DNA of 64,000 nucleotides from Eledone cirrhosa (Eukaryota): assembly GCA_964016885.1 (NCBI GenBank), contig OZ024765.1, positions 9,548,001 to 9,612,000 on the forward strand. Direction: 5' to 3'. Of the stretch, positions 12,650-25,341 are shown one piece after another (within the stretch, counting starts at the first letter, position 1; each line of letters begins with the position of its first letter). The notes under the pieces were generated by a model. The model saw nothing but the letters and a program-made list of their open reading frames with translations, searched no databases and was not told the DNA's origin. The position numbers and the translations under genes are program-made.

Positions 12650-13465
12650 TGACAAAAAGCACCCAATCCACGCCGTAAAGTGGTTGTGTAGGAGACACAG
12701 TAAAAAGGCTCCCAGTCCACACTGTAAAGTGGTCATGTAGGAGACACAGTAAAAAGGCTCCCAGTCCACACTGTAAAGAGGTCGTGTAGGAGACACAGTA
12801 AAAAGGCTCCCAGTCCACACTGTAAAGAGGTTGTGTAGGAGACACAGTAAAAAGGCTCCCAGTCCACACTGTAAAGAGGTCGTGTAAGAGACACAGTAAA
12901 AAGGCTCCCAGTCCACACTGTAAAGAGGTCGTGTAGGAGACACAGTAAAAAGGCTCCCAGTCCACACTGTAAAGTGGTCGTATAGGAGACACAGTAAAAA
13001 GACTCCCAGTCCACACTGTAAAGAGGTCGTGTAGGAGACACAGTAAAAAGGCTCCCAGTCCACACTGTAAAGAGGTCGTGTAGGAGACACAGTAAAAAGG
13101 CTCCCAGTCCACACTGTGAAGTGGTCGTGTAGGAGACACAGTAAAAAGGCTCCCAGTCCACACTGTAAAGTGGTTGTGTAAGAGACACAGTAAAAAGGCT
13201 CCCAGTCCACACTGTAAAGTGGTCATGTAGGAGACACAGTAAAAAGGCTCCCAGTCCACACTGTAAAGTGGTCATGTAGGAGACACAGTAAAAAGGCTCC
13301 CAGTCCACACTGTAAGGTGGTTGTGTAGGAGACACAGTAAAAAGGCTCCCAGTCCACACTGTAAAGTGGTCATGTAGGAGACACAGTAAAAAGGCTCCCA
13401 GTCCACACTGTAAAGTGGTCGTGTAGGAGACACAGTAAAAAAGCTCCCAGTCCACACTGTAAGTG
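12650..13465. repeat. 49-bp minisatellite array embedded in an RTE-tail-bearing element
   Basis: GTAGGAGACACAGTAAAAAGGCTCCCAGTCCACACTGTAAAGTGGTC repeated about 16 times, followed by GGAAGGGCATCCAGC...GACGTTAAACGATGATG. Confidence 0.92.
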
Positions 13466-13624
13466 GTTGGTGTCAGGAAGGGCATCCAGCTATAGAAAAC
13501 CAGCCAGATAGTTCTATACGAGCAAGACATGGTCACCCGATCAATCTTGCCTCAAGTGGGAGAATTCCCGTCTAACCCATGCTAGCATGGAAGATAGACG
13601 TTAAACGATGATGATGATGATGAT

Positions 13625-14210
13625 GATGCTTCGTTGGATGTGCAATGCCAATGTACATGAACGACCAACCAAGCATGGACGAGTTGAGAGTGAAACTGTG
13701 TATAAGAGGAATATACTGTAGTGTGCGGGAGAGAAGACTGCATTGGTATGGACATGTGATGCACACGGAAGATGACTGCTGGGTGAAAAACTAGCAAGAA
13801 ATCCCGGTGGAAGGAAGACGCAGTAGAGGTAGACCACGAAAAACATGGGGGGAAATGGTGAGAGCTGACCTCAAATCGCTGAAGCTTACGGAGGAGATGA
13901 ACTGTGTATAAGAGGAATATACTGTAGTGTGGGGGAGAGAAGACTGCATTGGTATGGACATGTGATGCACACGGAAGATGACTGCTGGGTGAAAAACTAG
14001 CAAGAAATCCCGGTGGAAGGAAGACGCAGTAGAGGTAGACCACGAAAAACATGGGGGGAGATGGTGAGAGCTGACCTCAAATCGCTGAAGCTTACGGAGG
14101 AGATGACGAAGGATTGTGACAAATGGAGAGATGCTGTGCTGAATAGGACCCGTCCCACCCTTGCAAGCAGGGAAAAGCGGACATAAAATGATGATGAGGA
14201 GAATGATGAT
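13625..14210 (+). mobile_element. RTE LINE 3' fragment with internal tandem duplication
   Basis: The LHWYGHVM...RGRPRKTW segment occurs twice (about 13695 and 13900), then the RTE tail. Confidence 0.85.
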
Positions 14211-14619
14211 GATATATATAAGGGCATTAACTCTAACATAGCTTTGTATATGAAATATACAAAGTAGCGCCATCTAGTGTGTTCCAGCAGAAGCTAAAGA
14301 AGGGTAACTAGTGGTGATGATGTCATCGTTTCTGTCTCTCTGGTCATTATCAAGTTAATGCTCCATGACTCGCTCGCTGCTGGAATTTAATATAAGCGAA
14401 AACATACAGTTGAGAAGCCTATGTACATGGGCTGATCAGCCACATTTGCATATAGAGTATCTGCTGGCTCAGCCAGAAGATTAAATAGACAGAGAGAGAT
14501 ATTTAAAATCCTGACCGCAGTGCCAAGCCGCCGAAACTGCTTAGTGCCACAGTCAGGGTTTTATATATCCCTATTCCCACTCTTCCCCATGCATTGAGTA
14601 CTCCCATAATTAGTACTCC

Positions 14620-14625
14620 CATAAT

Positions 14626-14661
<36 letters not shown>

Positions 14662-15210
14662 ATATTATATATATATATATATTATATACATATATATTAT
14701 ATATATATATTATATATATATATATAATATATATATATTATATATATATATTATATATATATATATAATATATATATATTATATATATATATTACATATA
14801 TATATATAATATATATATATTATATATATATATATAATATATATATATATAATATATATATATAATATATATATATATATAATATATATATATATAATAT
14901 ATATATATTATATATATATATAATATATATATATATAATATATATATATATAATATATATATATATAATATATATATATTATATATATATATATAATATA
15001 TATATATAATATATATATATATAATATATATATATTATATATATATATATAATATATATATATTATATATATATATGTAATATATATATATAATATATAT
15101 ATATTATATATATATATATAATATATATATATAATATATATATATTATATATATATATATAATATATATATATAATATATATGTATATAATATATATATA
15201 TATATAATAT

Positions 15211-15246
<36 letters not shown>

Positions 15247-15251
15247 ATTAT
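14620..15251. repeat. (AT)n-rich tract with long inverted arms
   Basis: ORFs 14594+ and 15254- translate to the same peptide. Confidence 0.85.
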
Positions 15252-15389
15252 CATCAGTCCAGCTTCTACACTAGCATGGGTTAGACGGGTTGTCCCATTT
15301 GAGGCAGGTTGGGTCAGGTGACCATATCCTGCTCATACAGAAGTTTTTCTGGCTTGGTTTCTACAGCTGGATACCCTTCCTAATGCCAA

Positions 15390-16905
15390 CCACATTTACA
15401 GTGTGGACTGGGTGCTGTTTGCCTTGACACCTACAAAACCACTTTACAGTGTGGACTGGGTGCTGTTTGCCTTGACACCTACAAAACCACTTTACAGTGT
15501 GGACTGGGTGCTGTTTGCCTTGACACCTACAGAACCACTTTACAGTGTGGACTGGGTGCTTTTTGCCTTGACACCTACAGAACCACTTTACAGTGTGGAC
15601 TGGGTGCCTTTTGTCGTGACACCTAAACAACCACTTTACAGTGTGGACTGGGTGCTGTTTGCCTTGACACCTACAGAACCACTTTACAGTGTGGACTGGG
15701 TGCCTTTTGTCATGCCACCTACACAACCACTTTACAGTGTGGACTGGGTGCCTTTTGTCATGACACCTACACAACCACTTTACAGTGAGTACTGGGTGCT
15801 TTTTGTCATGACACCTACAGAACCACTTTACAGTGAGTACTGGGTGCTTTTTGTCATGACACCTACAGAACCACTTTACAGTGTGGACTGGGTGCTTTTT
15901 GCCTTGACACCTACAGAACCACTTTACAGTGTGGACTGGGTGCTTTTTGCCTTGACACCTACAGAACCACTTTACAGTGTGGACTGGGTGCTTTTTGCCT
16001 TGACACCTACAGAACCACTTTACAGTGTGGACTGGGTGCTTTTTGCTTTGACACCTACAGAACCACTTTACAGTGTGGACTGGGTGCTTTTTGTCATGAC
16101 ACCTACATGACCACTTTACAGTGTGGACTGGGTGCTTTTTGTTGTGACACCTACATTACCACTTTACAGTGTGGACTGGATGCTTTTTGTCATGACACCT
16201 ACATTACCACTTTACAGTGTGGACTGGATGCTTTTTGTCATGACACCTACAGAACCACTTTACAGTGTGGACTGGATGCTTTTTGTCATGGCACCTACAG
16301 AACCACTTTACAGTGTGGACTGGATGCTTTTTGTCATGACACCTACACAACCACTTTACAGTGTGGACTGGATGCTTTTTGTCATGACACCTACACAACC
16401 ACTTTACAGTGTGGACTGGATGCTTTTTGTCATGACACCTACACAACCACTTTACAGTGTGGACTGGATGCTTTTTGTCATGACACCTACACAACCACTT
16501 TACAGTGTGGACTGGGTGCTTTTTGTCATGACACCTACACAAACACTTTACAGTGTGTGCTGGGTGCTTTTTGTCATGACACCTACACAACCACTTTACA
16601 GTGTGGACTGGGTGCTTTTTGTCATGACACCTACACAACCACTTTACAGTGAGTGCTGGGTGCTTTTTGTCATGACATCTACAGAACCACTTTACAGTGT
16701 GGACTGGGTGCTTTTTGTCATGACACCTACACAAACACTTTACAGTGTGTGCTGGATGCTTTTTGTCATGACATCTACAGAACCACTTTACAGTGTGTGC
16801 TGGGTGCTTTTTGTCATGACATCTACAGTGTAGATGTCATGATTCTACACGACCACTTTATAGTGTGTGCTGGGTGCTTTTTTTGTGACACCTACATGAC
16901 CACAT
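15390..16905. repeat. 48-bp minisatellite array (about 30 copies)
   Basis: TTTACAGTGTGGACTGGGTGCTTTTTGTCATGACACCTACACAACCAC; preceded by the reverse-complement RTE-type tail. Confidence 0.95.
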
Positions 16906-17047
16906 GTTAGCAAGTGTGTGTGTTAAGTATAAATGTATATATGTATGAATGTGTATATGTATATATATGTATGCATATATGTATATATGAATATACACAA
17001 ACATTACACAAGCATGTGTGTATCATTCATCACCATCCTGTTCTATA

Positions 17048-17088
<41 letters not shown>

Positions 17089-17658
17089 ATGTGTGTTTAT
17101 ATATATATATGCATACATACCAAAAATAATTGAGATACCCAATGGTATCAACATGGTTTGTCCTTTGGGGAAAAGCGTTGTGTATTCTGCCCTCCGGGGC
17201 TGTGGGGAGACAAGCCAATTATATTACAAATTCTGTTAAATAATCTTAAATTGTTATATACCTGCAAACCAGCTATGCCGAGTCTTTGCAACAAGATCTG
17301 GACATTGTTGTCACAGTTGGTGTTGTTTTTTTTTTTTTGTTTTTTTTTTGTTTTTTTTTTCGCCTTTTTTTTGTTGTTTGTTTTTTTTTTTTTGGTTTTG
17401 TTGGTTTTTTTTCGCTGTTTTTTTTTTTTTTTTTTTTTTTGGTTTTGTTGTTGTCTCCTTTACTAACACCTTTGTGTGTCCCCTTCTTTTGTGCCCTTGT
17501 GGCTTATAAAGAAATTTATATGAACACCTTTGTGTACTCTTGTTTATGAAGACAGTGGTGGTTACTGTAAAGGTAGCTCTTGCTTGATATTCCTGTGTAC
17601 ACAACTTAGGTGTACATCATTTGAAATATTTTCCAAGAATGAATGAAATGAGTAAATT

Positions 17659-18163
17659 ATGTGTAGGTGTGTGTGTGTGTGTATGTGTGTGTGTGTGTAT
17701 GAGAGTGAGTGTATGTGTGTGTGTGAGTATGTGTGTGTGTGAGTATGTGTGTGTGTATGTGTGTGTGTGAATGTGTGTGAGTATGTGTGTGTGTGTGAGT
17801 ATGTGTGTATCTGTGTGTGTGAGTGTGTGATTGTGTGTATGTGTGTGATTGTATGTGTATATGTGTGTGAATGTGTGTGAGTATGTGTGTGAGTGTGTGA
17901 TTGTGTGTATGTGTGTGATTGTATGTGTATATGTGTGTGTATGTGTGTATCTGTGTGTGAATGTGTGTGTGTGGGATTGTGTGTGAGTGTATGTGAATGT
18001 GCATGTGTGTATCTGTGTGTATATGTGTCTGTCTGACTGTGTGTGTGTGTGTATCTGTGTGTGAATGTGTGTGTGTGTATGTGTATGTGAATGTGCATGT
18101 GTGTGTCTGTGTGTATATGTGTGTGTCTGACTGTGTGTATGTATGTGTGTGTGTGTGTGTGTG
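17659..18163. repeat. Degenerate (GT)n microsatellite
   Basis: Seen directly in the sequence. Confidence 0.9.
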
Positions 18164-18350
18164 TAAGTCTTGCTTTTAATACTACATTCAAAATGACATC
18201 AGTTAACTCTTTATGAAGTCATTCTGTTTTTTATGATCAAAAAACAAATATATTCCTTTCTTTGCCGAAATCAGAAGAGCAGTGAACAAAGATCCATTTT
18301 CTTTTTTATAGTAGTGGTATTTTGGTATTTAGTTACAACCCGTATTATAT

Positions 18351-18538
18351 GGTGGATTGGCAGTATCGGTAGAGGGTCGGATACCATGCTTTGAAGCATA
18401 GAGTTACCTCCCTTTATGATCTGAGTTCAAATCCCGCCGAGGTTAACTTTACCTTTCATCCTTACAGGGTTGATAAAATAAAGTACCAGTAATACACTGG
18501 GATAAATTGCTGGCCTTGTGCCAAAAGTAGAAACAATT
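18351..18538 (+). mobile_element. tRNA-derived SINE family 1 (representative copy)
   Basis: A-box TGGCAGTATCGG, B-box GAGTTCAAATCC and GATAAAATAAAGTACCAGT core. Other copies near 2340-2553(-), 4270-4453(-), 11235-11420(-), 30300, 35275-35575, 36601-37048(-), 41365-41772(-), 52631-53030, 53370(-), 58280-58462(-) and 60921-61100(-). Confidence 0.9.
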
Positions 18539-18564
18539 ATATATATATATATCATCATCATCAT

Positions 18565-19930
18565 CACCGTTTTACGTCCATTCTTCCACGCTAGGATGGG
18601 TCAGACGGGTTGTCCTGTTGTGGGCAGTAGCCGGTCGGCTGACCATGTCTTGCTCATACGGGAACTGATTCTGGCTTGATTTCTACAGCTGGATGCCCTT
18701 CCTAACACCAACCTCATTTACAGTGAGTGCTGGGTGCTTTTTTTCTGTGGCGCCTCCACGTCCACTTTACAGTGTGAGCTGGGTGCTGTTTTGCCATGGC
18801 ACCTCCACGACCACCTTGCAGTGGGAGGGTATGGGGCCATATTGTCTATATGCTTCAGCTTCGGCTTGTACCCGTGGGGGGTCTTCTATATTACTGCGTG
18901 ACGCCAGAGGTCACGGTCATGTGTCATCGCCTTTGAGAGGTGTCATTGGGTAAGGTCGGCTTTTATCACCTCATCCCAGGTCTTCTTGGGTCTCCCCACT
19001 CCACGGTTTCCATCGACATCTAGTGCTCTACACCTTTTTATGCAGCTGTCATCCTTCATACGCATCACATGTCCATACCAATGCAACTGCCTCTCCTGCA
19101 CACAGCATTTGATTCCTCTTATGCTCAGTCTCTCTCTCAATTCGTTTATGCTTTGCCGTTCGCATATATTACTATTACACATCCATCGAAGCATGCAGGC
19201 TTTATTTATTTCTAATCTACGCAAGTCTTCCACAGACAGAGCCCAGGTCTCACTACCATGTAACATTGCTGTTCATATACACGCATCATACAGTCTGCCT
19301 TTCATTTTGAGGGAAAAGCCTTTTGCAGCTAGCAGTGGCAGTAGGCCCTGAACTTCTTCCATCCTGTTCTTACCTTAGTTATTGTACTTTCTGAACACCC
19401 CCCTCCGCTGCTAATTTGGTCACCTAGGTAGCAGAAGCTGTCTACTGTTTCTACAGAGCCCTCCCATAGTTTGGTGCTACTTGTTTCCTGTGGCTGTTTG
19501 CTGCTTGCTGTCCCAGCACAGCTGCTGCATGTGAAGCCTACATTCTTAATTAAGCTTCCTGAGATCCCCCTACATCTCTTATGTACCCATTGTTTGCATT
19601 TGGGGCAGAGAATGGAGTTCCTACCTACACCTTTCTTACATACTGAGCAAGGCTATTTCCCTGAGGGGATCTGGGTTCTGTTTTCTCGTCTACTTACAAG
19701 GACCTTAGTCTTTGCCAGGTTGACTTTGAGACCCTTTCTTTCTACTCCCTGCTTCCAAGTTTGGAATTTCTTCTCTAGTTCTACCATAGATTCAGCTATG
19801 AGTGCGAGGTCATCAGCATACAGGAGTTCCCATGGGCATCTGGTCTTAAACTCCTCCGTTATTGCCTGCAAAACTATGATGAACAAGAGAGGGCTAAGAA
19901 CAGAGCCCTGGTGGACACTGACCTGTATGC
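18565..19930 (-). mobile_element. RTE LINE, 5'-truncated and decayed (RT domain to 3' tail)
   Basis: PWELLYADDLALIAE, KGLKVNLAKTKVL, MLHGSETW and LHWYGHVMRM; stops and frameshifts. Confidence 0.92.
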
Positions 19931-19936
19931 TAAATT

Positions 19937-19977
<41 letters not shown>

Positions 19978-19979
<2 letters not shown>

Positions 19980-20310
19980 AGGCACATGGCTTAGTGGTTA
20001 GAGCATTGGCCTTGCAATCGAAAGGTTGTGAGTTAAATTCTCAGACCGGGTCATGTGTTGTTTCCTTGAGCAAGACACTTTATTTCACATTGCTCCAGTT
20101 TACTCAGCTGTAGAAATGAGATGATAGGGACAGGGGTCCATATCATTCCACTGCAAAGTGGTCGTGGAGGTGCCACGGCAAAAAAAGCACCCAGTACTCA
20201 CTGTAAATGAGGTTGGTGTTAGGAAGGGCATCCAGCTGTAGAAATCAAGCCAGAATCAGTTCCCGTCCCACCCTTGCAAGCAGGGAAAAGCGGACGTAAA
20301 AGGAAATGAA
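19978..20310 (+). mobile_element. tRNA-derived SINE family 2 with RTE-type 3' tail
   Basis: TGGCTTAGTGG A-box, GTTAAATTC B-box-like, CCTTGAGCAAGACAC core and LINE-identical tail; copies at 32661-32995 and 53640-53972(-); related heads near 28725 and 59222-59467(-). Confidence 0.85.
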
Positions 20311-20373
20311 TGATATATATATATATAGCCGCCGAAATGGCTTGAGCTCTGCCGTTGGGTTCCTGAACATTTT

Positions 20374-20419
<46 letters not shown>

Positions 20420-21103
20420 TTATATTATATATATATATATAGGAAAATGTTCAGGAACCCAACGGCAGAGCTCAAGCCATTTTGACGGCTATTTCTGGAC
20501 AGAAATAGCCGTCGAAACAGCTTGAGCTCGGGCGTCGGGGTCCTGAACATTTTCCTATTACCCACTCTACTACCCAAAGTATCAAGTACTCTGGTGCATT
20601 ATGGTCCACCTAGTTCCTTACCACTCTTCCTTCGTTATATATATATATGTATATATATATATATAAAAGACGTAAAATAAGAAAATAAAAAAAAATAAAA
20701 ATAAAAATTTTTTTTAAATTAACTTACTTACTTAAATTTTCACTCCAACTAATTAGTTTCTGCAATGGGATAAAGACAGTTACGTAATGAACTGTTGAGA
20801 ATTTCATTGCGTCATCAGGGAGGTCATTCTCAGCCAAGTCTCCAGGCAATGCGCGGACACTGGGGACTCATATAAAAATAATAATAATTCAGTAAATGGA
20901 ACAGCTATCGAGGACTGGATTCCAGGTACTGAAAAATCTCACTGCCACTGGTCATATGGCCGATTCTAAAGAATCAATCACGTGACACAGAGGCTAGTCA
21001 GTAGGAATGGGATGGTAAGATGACAGACGCCTACTAACACCCCCAAAAAAATTTAGAAGTGGTTTTGGCAGGTTTGCTCGACAAATCAGTGATTTGGAGA
21101 TAA

Positions 21104-21263
21104 ATATAGATAATTTAATATATCTACTAACATAAGCGCACAGATGTACGCTAATGCCAGCAAATACACAGGTTATGTCATAGTACCTAGGTGGTTCAAT
21201 GCATTGCTGGCATTAGCGTACATCTGTGCGCTTATGTTAGTAGATATATTAAATTATCTATAT
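21104..21263. repeat. Perfect 60-bp inverted repeat with 40-nt spacer
   Basis: 21104-21163 is the reverse complement of 21204-21263. Confidence 0.92.
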
Positions 21264-21763
21264 ATGTATATATATATTTTACATTCTGGGTTCAAACCAT
21301 GTTGGTAACTAACTGAGGCTTCAATGCTCATCAGGTCAAAGAGGGTAAACTATCAAAATATCAGATTCCCTCCGTCGTAGAGGGGGACATCGAGCGTTCT
21401 TCCTCCCCTCTCCCCAAACCTACTCTCTACTATCGAGGTAGAGATGGCTACCTGCTGGAGCGAGCCCCACCCAATTGGGATGGTTTATTCCAGCATGTCT
21501 CCCTTGCCATCTTCCATGGCAACATTTTCTCCACTCTGTCCTTTACTGGGGCCACAAAGTGGCATACACATTGGCTCCCCCACACTAGAGAACACTTCCC
21601 CCACTCTGTCCAGGTCCTGCATCACTGGAGCAGCATTGCTGGGTCGGTCAACTGTAAAATTACCTGAAAACAACCAAGCACATCAAATTCACATTTTTTT
21701 CCTCTCAGCCCTTCCATGCTTCACCATTCATACATGTTAACATCATATATCCCCCTCTTTTTT

Positions 21764-21814
<51 letters not shown>

Positions 21815-22129
21815 GTCCTCTTCTTCTTCTTCTTCTTCTTCTTCTTCTTCTTCTTCTTCTTCTTCTTCCTATTCTTGTTTCTTTAACATCTCCACTGTGA
21901 AGATCAGTGTTTTAAAATCAGTTGATGGGAAGGGCAAGAGAGATGGAGGCATGATAATGGGAGTTCAGCTCCTCTGTATTTGGACCTGGGGTACATGTGT
22001 ATGTGTATTTACTTTGTAGCTTCCTTGCCCCTTATATTCTATTTAATATGATACATTTAATTCAATTTTTTAGCCTCTCCTTTCTTAATACACCCCAGTT
22101 CATTCGAAAACACTTATATAAGCATAGAT

Positions 22130-22760
22130 ATAGGGAGATCAGCTCTCACTACTTGGTCTTCCTCTACTACAGCTTCCTTCCACTGACATCACCTAGCACT
22201 CATCATCCATAAACATCACATATTCACACTACACACTACATCTGATTCCTCTTATACACACTTTTTCTCTTAATTCATCCATGCTTTGTCATTCATGCCA
22301 CATTAACATGCCACATCCATCTGAGCATGCTCCCAGCCTTCACACATATTCTGCACTCACTGTCCATGTTTCACTACCATGCAACATTGCACTTTGCACA
22401 CATGTATCATAGAGCCGTTCTTTCGTTCATTGAGAGTAACATTTTGTTATTAACGAAGGTAATAGCTCTCTAAACTTCTTCCATCCTATCCTTATTCTAG
22501 CTACTATGCTCCCAGAGAAACCTTCTCCACTGCTAATTAAATCACCTAGATAGCAGAAGTCATCAGCCACTTCTAAGAGCGGAAAAAGTTTATTTCATTG
22601 AAGCTCTTACTATCAACTGTCCCTGTACATCTGCCACATACAAAGTCTACCTTTCCTGCTAGTCTGCCTTTTACCCCACTACACCTCTTGTGTACTCAAG
22701 ATATACATTATATACATCATGTAGTGTATCTACCTACACCTTTACTACATATTGAATGAT
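22130..22760 (-). mobile_element. Old RTE LINE fragment
   Basis: Homologous to 18950-19650 (CACCTAGATAGCAGAAG, CACTACCATGCAACATTGC). Confidence 0.75.
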
Positions 22761-22869
22761 GAAATGTAATGAGTGTTAATTAATTTTTAGAAATAATCAA
22801 GAATTTGGAAGAATTAAAAATAAAAGGTACTAACTTTTTCATTAGTAAACCTGATATTTGGAACCTTGT

Positions 22870-23098
22870 TTAACCCTTTAGTATTCACATTACTCTATAT
22901 TTACTATTATATTTTCACAGTAAAGGCTTTACCTCACATAATTATCTCACATAATATCGAATCTATGAGATTTTGATATTATTTATGTTGATAACAATAC
23001 CTTAACATCAATATGAGTGGCCGGTTACAGCCAGTTTGAACAGAAAGAGGTGAGGGAATTCTGGCCAGATATAGCCAGTTTAAATGCAAAAGAGTTAA
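22870..23098. mobile_element. piggyBac-type MITE
   Basis: TTAA-CCCTTTAG...AAAAGAG-TTAA; related copies near 27245-27420, 28965-29398, 51875-52294, 53096-53300 and 58680-59170. Confidence 0.7.
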
Positions 23099-24187
23099 CA
23101 AAAATGTCAGATAACAGAATTGTGGTGGAGTGTTTTATTACAAGTATGAACATTTTAAAACAAACAGTTCTATAAACATTACAGGATTGGAAAGCAGCAG
23201 TAGAATTTGAAAATTGAATTGAATTAGTAACTTTACCATATTTCGTTTACTACCGAATATAGTGTGTAAGTCCCTGGAACAGAAAAAAATAGCCTGATAA
23301 TGCATTAATGTGGCAAGACAAACCATGGAGATGTGTGGAAATGAGGGGCCTACCACAGCGACATTTCAGTTTCCCACAGATATCGGCTCCCAATCAGAGT
23401 GCATTGGAGATGTGGAGCTCGTCCAGACTGAGAAGACCACCAATGCTGGCCACAGGCAGGGCATCAATCCAGTCCCCCAAAATTTTTGCACTTGTTGAAA
23501 GTAGGTGACACCTTAAAAATTGGTCAGATTGATCAAAAAGAGAGTTGACGGTATCTTTCGAACACAGACTGTCCCATATTCTCTACTTCTGTCTATCCTC
23601 ATCTATATCAGGAACTAACCAGCTCTCTCCACTGTAGTAAAGCTTCATCCATCTCCTGTTGGAACTAGTCAATGTTGGAAAGGAGCAAGCTTGGGTGGAG
23701 GAAAGAAAGCAAGGAAGAGACAGAGATGACCACTTATGCAGACCTAGACACCCAAATTGTTTGGGTAAAGCAGCCTGGTCTCAGGATTCTGAAGAAAGTC
23801 AAATATTGACCAAGCATTCGAGTTTACTGAAGATTAAGTGGTCAAAGCTTTGGAGAGATGACGAAAATCTATAAGAGGGACTAACTCTGACAAAATACAA
23901 TAACTTAGGAATCAACAATTCCTAAGTATATATATATATATATATATATATAAAAACCTTGGTGGGGTTCAATGGCCTCAAGGCTTTTTAATAGTTGTTC
24001 ATGGTTAGCCAACTAGGATTGAAAGATTGATTCAAAGGCTTGGTCAGTAATTAGGGCTCCAAAAATATGGTGAACTTAGTAATTCAAATCAAACAGTTCT
24101 GTATCATAAAACCAGGGCAATTTCATGTAGTTTTAGGCTATTTTAGGTGGGTTTAGCCTGTTTTATATGGGTTTAGGCAGTTTGGTA

Positions 24188-24440
24188 TCAAAAAGGTTTA
24201 TTTTCCATCACTGTCTTCCAGTCATCTACATTTTCTCGTCCAAGGAATTTCAATAATTCGAAGTAGGAAAATACAAAAGCCCGAGTGATGGCCTGATTGT
24301 GCATAAGCCCAAGAGATTCTGCTTGCAGTGTGTGATTGAACCGTAGTCTCTCTTCCAGCTCAGCCAAGTGACGGGCTTTCTCTCGGGCCAATTGTATTGC
24401 CTCTTCCATCATCTCTTTGGCCTCCTGTTCTCTTCGTAAC
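24188..24440 (-). CDS. KIAA2012: KIAA2012-like terminal coding exon R
   Basis: TTCAG|LRREQEAKEMMEEAIQ...NQAITRAFVFSYFELL...KPF-TGA; the terminal R-x-x-V-F-S-Y-F motif resembles the KIAA2012/DUF4670 C-terminus as I recall it. Confidence 0.85.
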
Positions 24441-25165
24441 CTGAATGAAAAACATTTAGATATTATATTTTGAGCGAGATAGATAGAGAGAGAGAAAGAG
24501 AGGGATGTGGGATGTTTTTTTTTTGTGGGTGGGGTGGGGGTGGGGGGTTTATTGATCGATTGACAAGATCTCAGATTTCATTCGCTTACTGATTGGAATG
24601 GAAGTCATCAAATCAGACCAAGGAAAAAAGGTTTCTATTGGTCTTTCCATTACTTATTCTATCTATTGGTGTTAATATGCCTGAATAGGGAAATATGGAT
24701 AGTCTGAGAGAAAACCTGGGTATAAGAGGAATTAAATGTAGTGTGCAAGAGAGAAAACTGTGCTGGTATCGACATCTGATGTGTATGGATGATGATTGTC
24801 ATATTAAAAGGATCTAGTTCATCATATCAACCCCAATACTTATTTTTAATAACATTTTTTTTTTAAGTCTGATAAATATTTTATCAATGTCTGCTTATCA
24901 AACTGCTATGTTATAGGACATAAACACAGACAAATGCAAACATAGATACGGAAACACGCACACATACAAACACATGGACATACACACACATACACACTGA
25001 TCACCCCCCAATGCATATTTCATTCTATCGTTTCTTTCAAATCTGATACATATTTTATCAGAAGCTGCTTGTCGAACTTCTAAGTTACAGGACATAAACA
25101 CATAGATGAGGATGCACACACAGACTCACACTTCTTTGTGTGTCTGTGTGAAGTACTGTCTAGTA

Positions 25166-25341
25166 CAGTGGTTGCTAACCAGTGGTCTGCACACCACTGG
25201 TAGTCCGAGACAAAACTTTGGTGGTCCGCAGAAAAATTTTAATGTATTTATTTTATTTTTTTTTAATTGCTATTAGTAGTCAGCGAGATTTAAAATTATG
25301 AATTTAGTGGTGCATGAGGTACGAAAGGTTGGTGACCTTTG
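25166..25341. mobile_element. hAT (Charlie-like) MITE
   Basis: TIRs CAGTGGTTGCTAACC / GGTTGGTGACCTTTG; imperfect 8-bp TSD GTCTAGTA / ATCTAGTG. Confidence 0.7.

Noticed and set aside
15390-16905. CRISPR-like appearance of regular arrays
   Set aside because: No unique spacers, no cas genes, and the context is eukaryotic.
18351-18440. tRNA genes
   Set aside because: The A/B boxes belong to multi-copy SINE heads; no complete cloverleaf.
23789-23825. CTGAAGA followed by a GTCAA/TTGAC hairpin
   Set aside because: Lacks GAAA and a convincing stem I or III.
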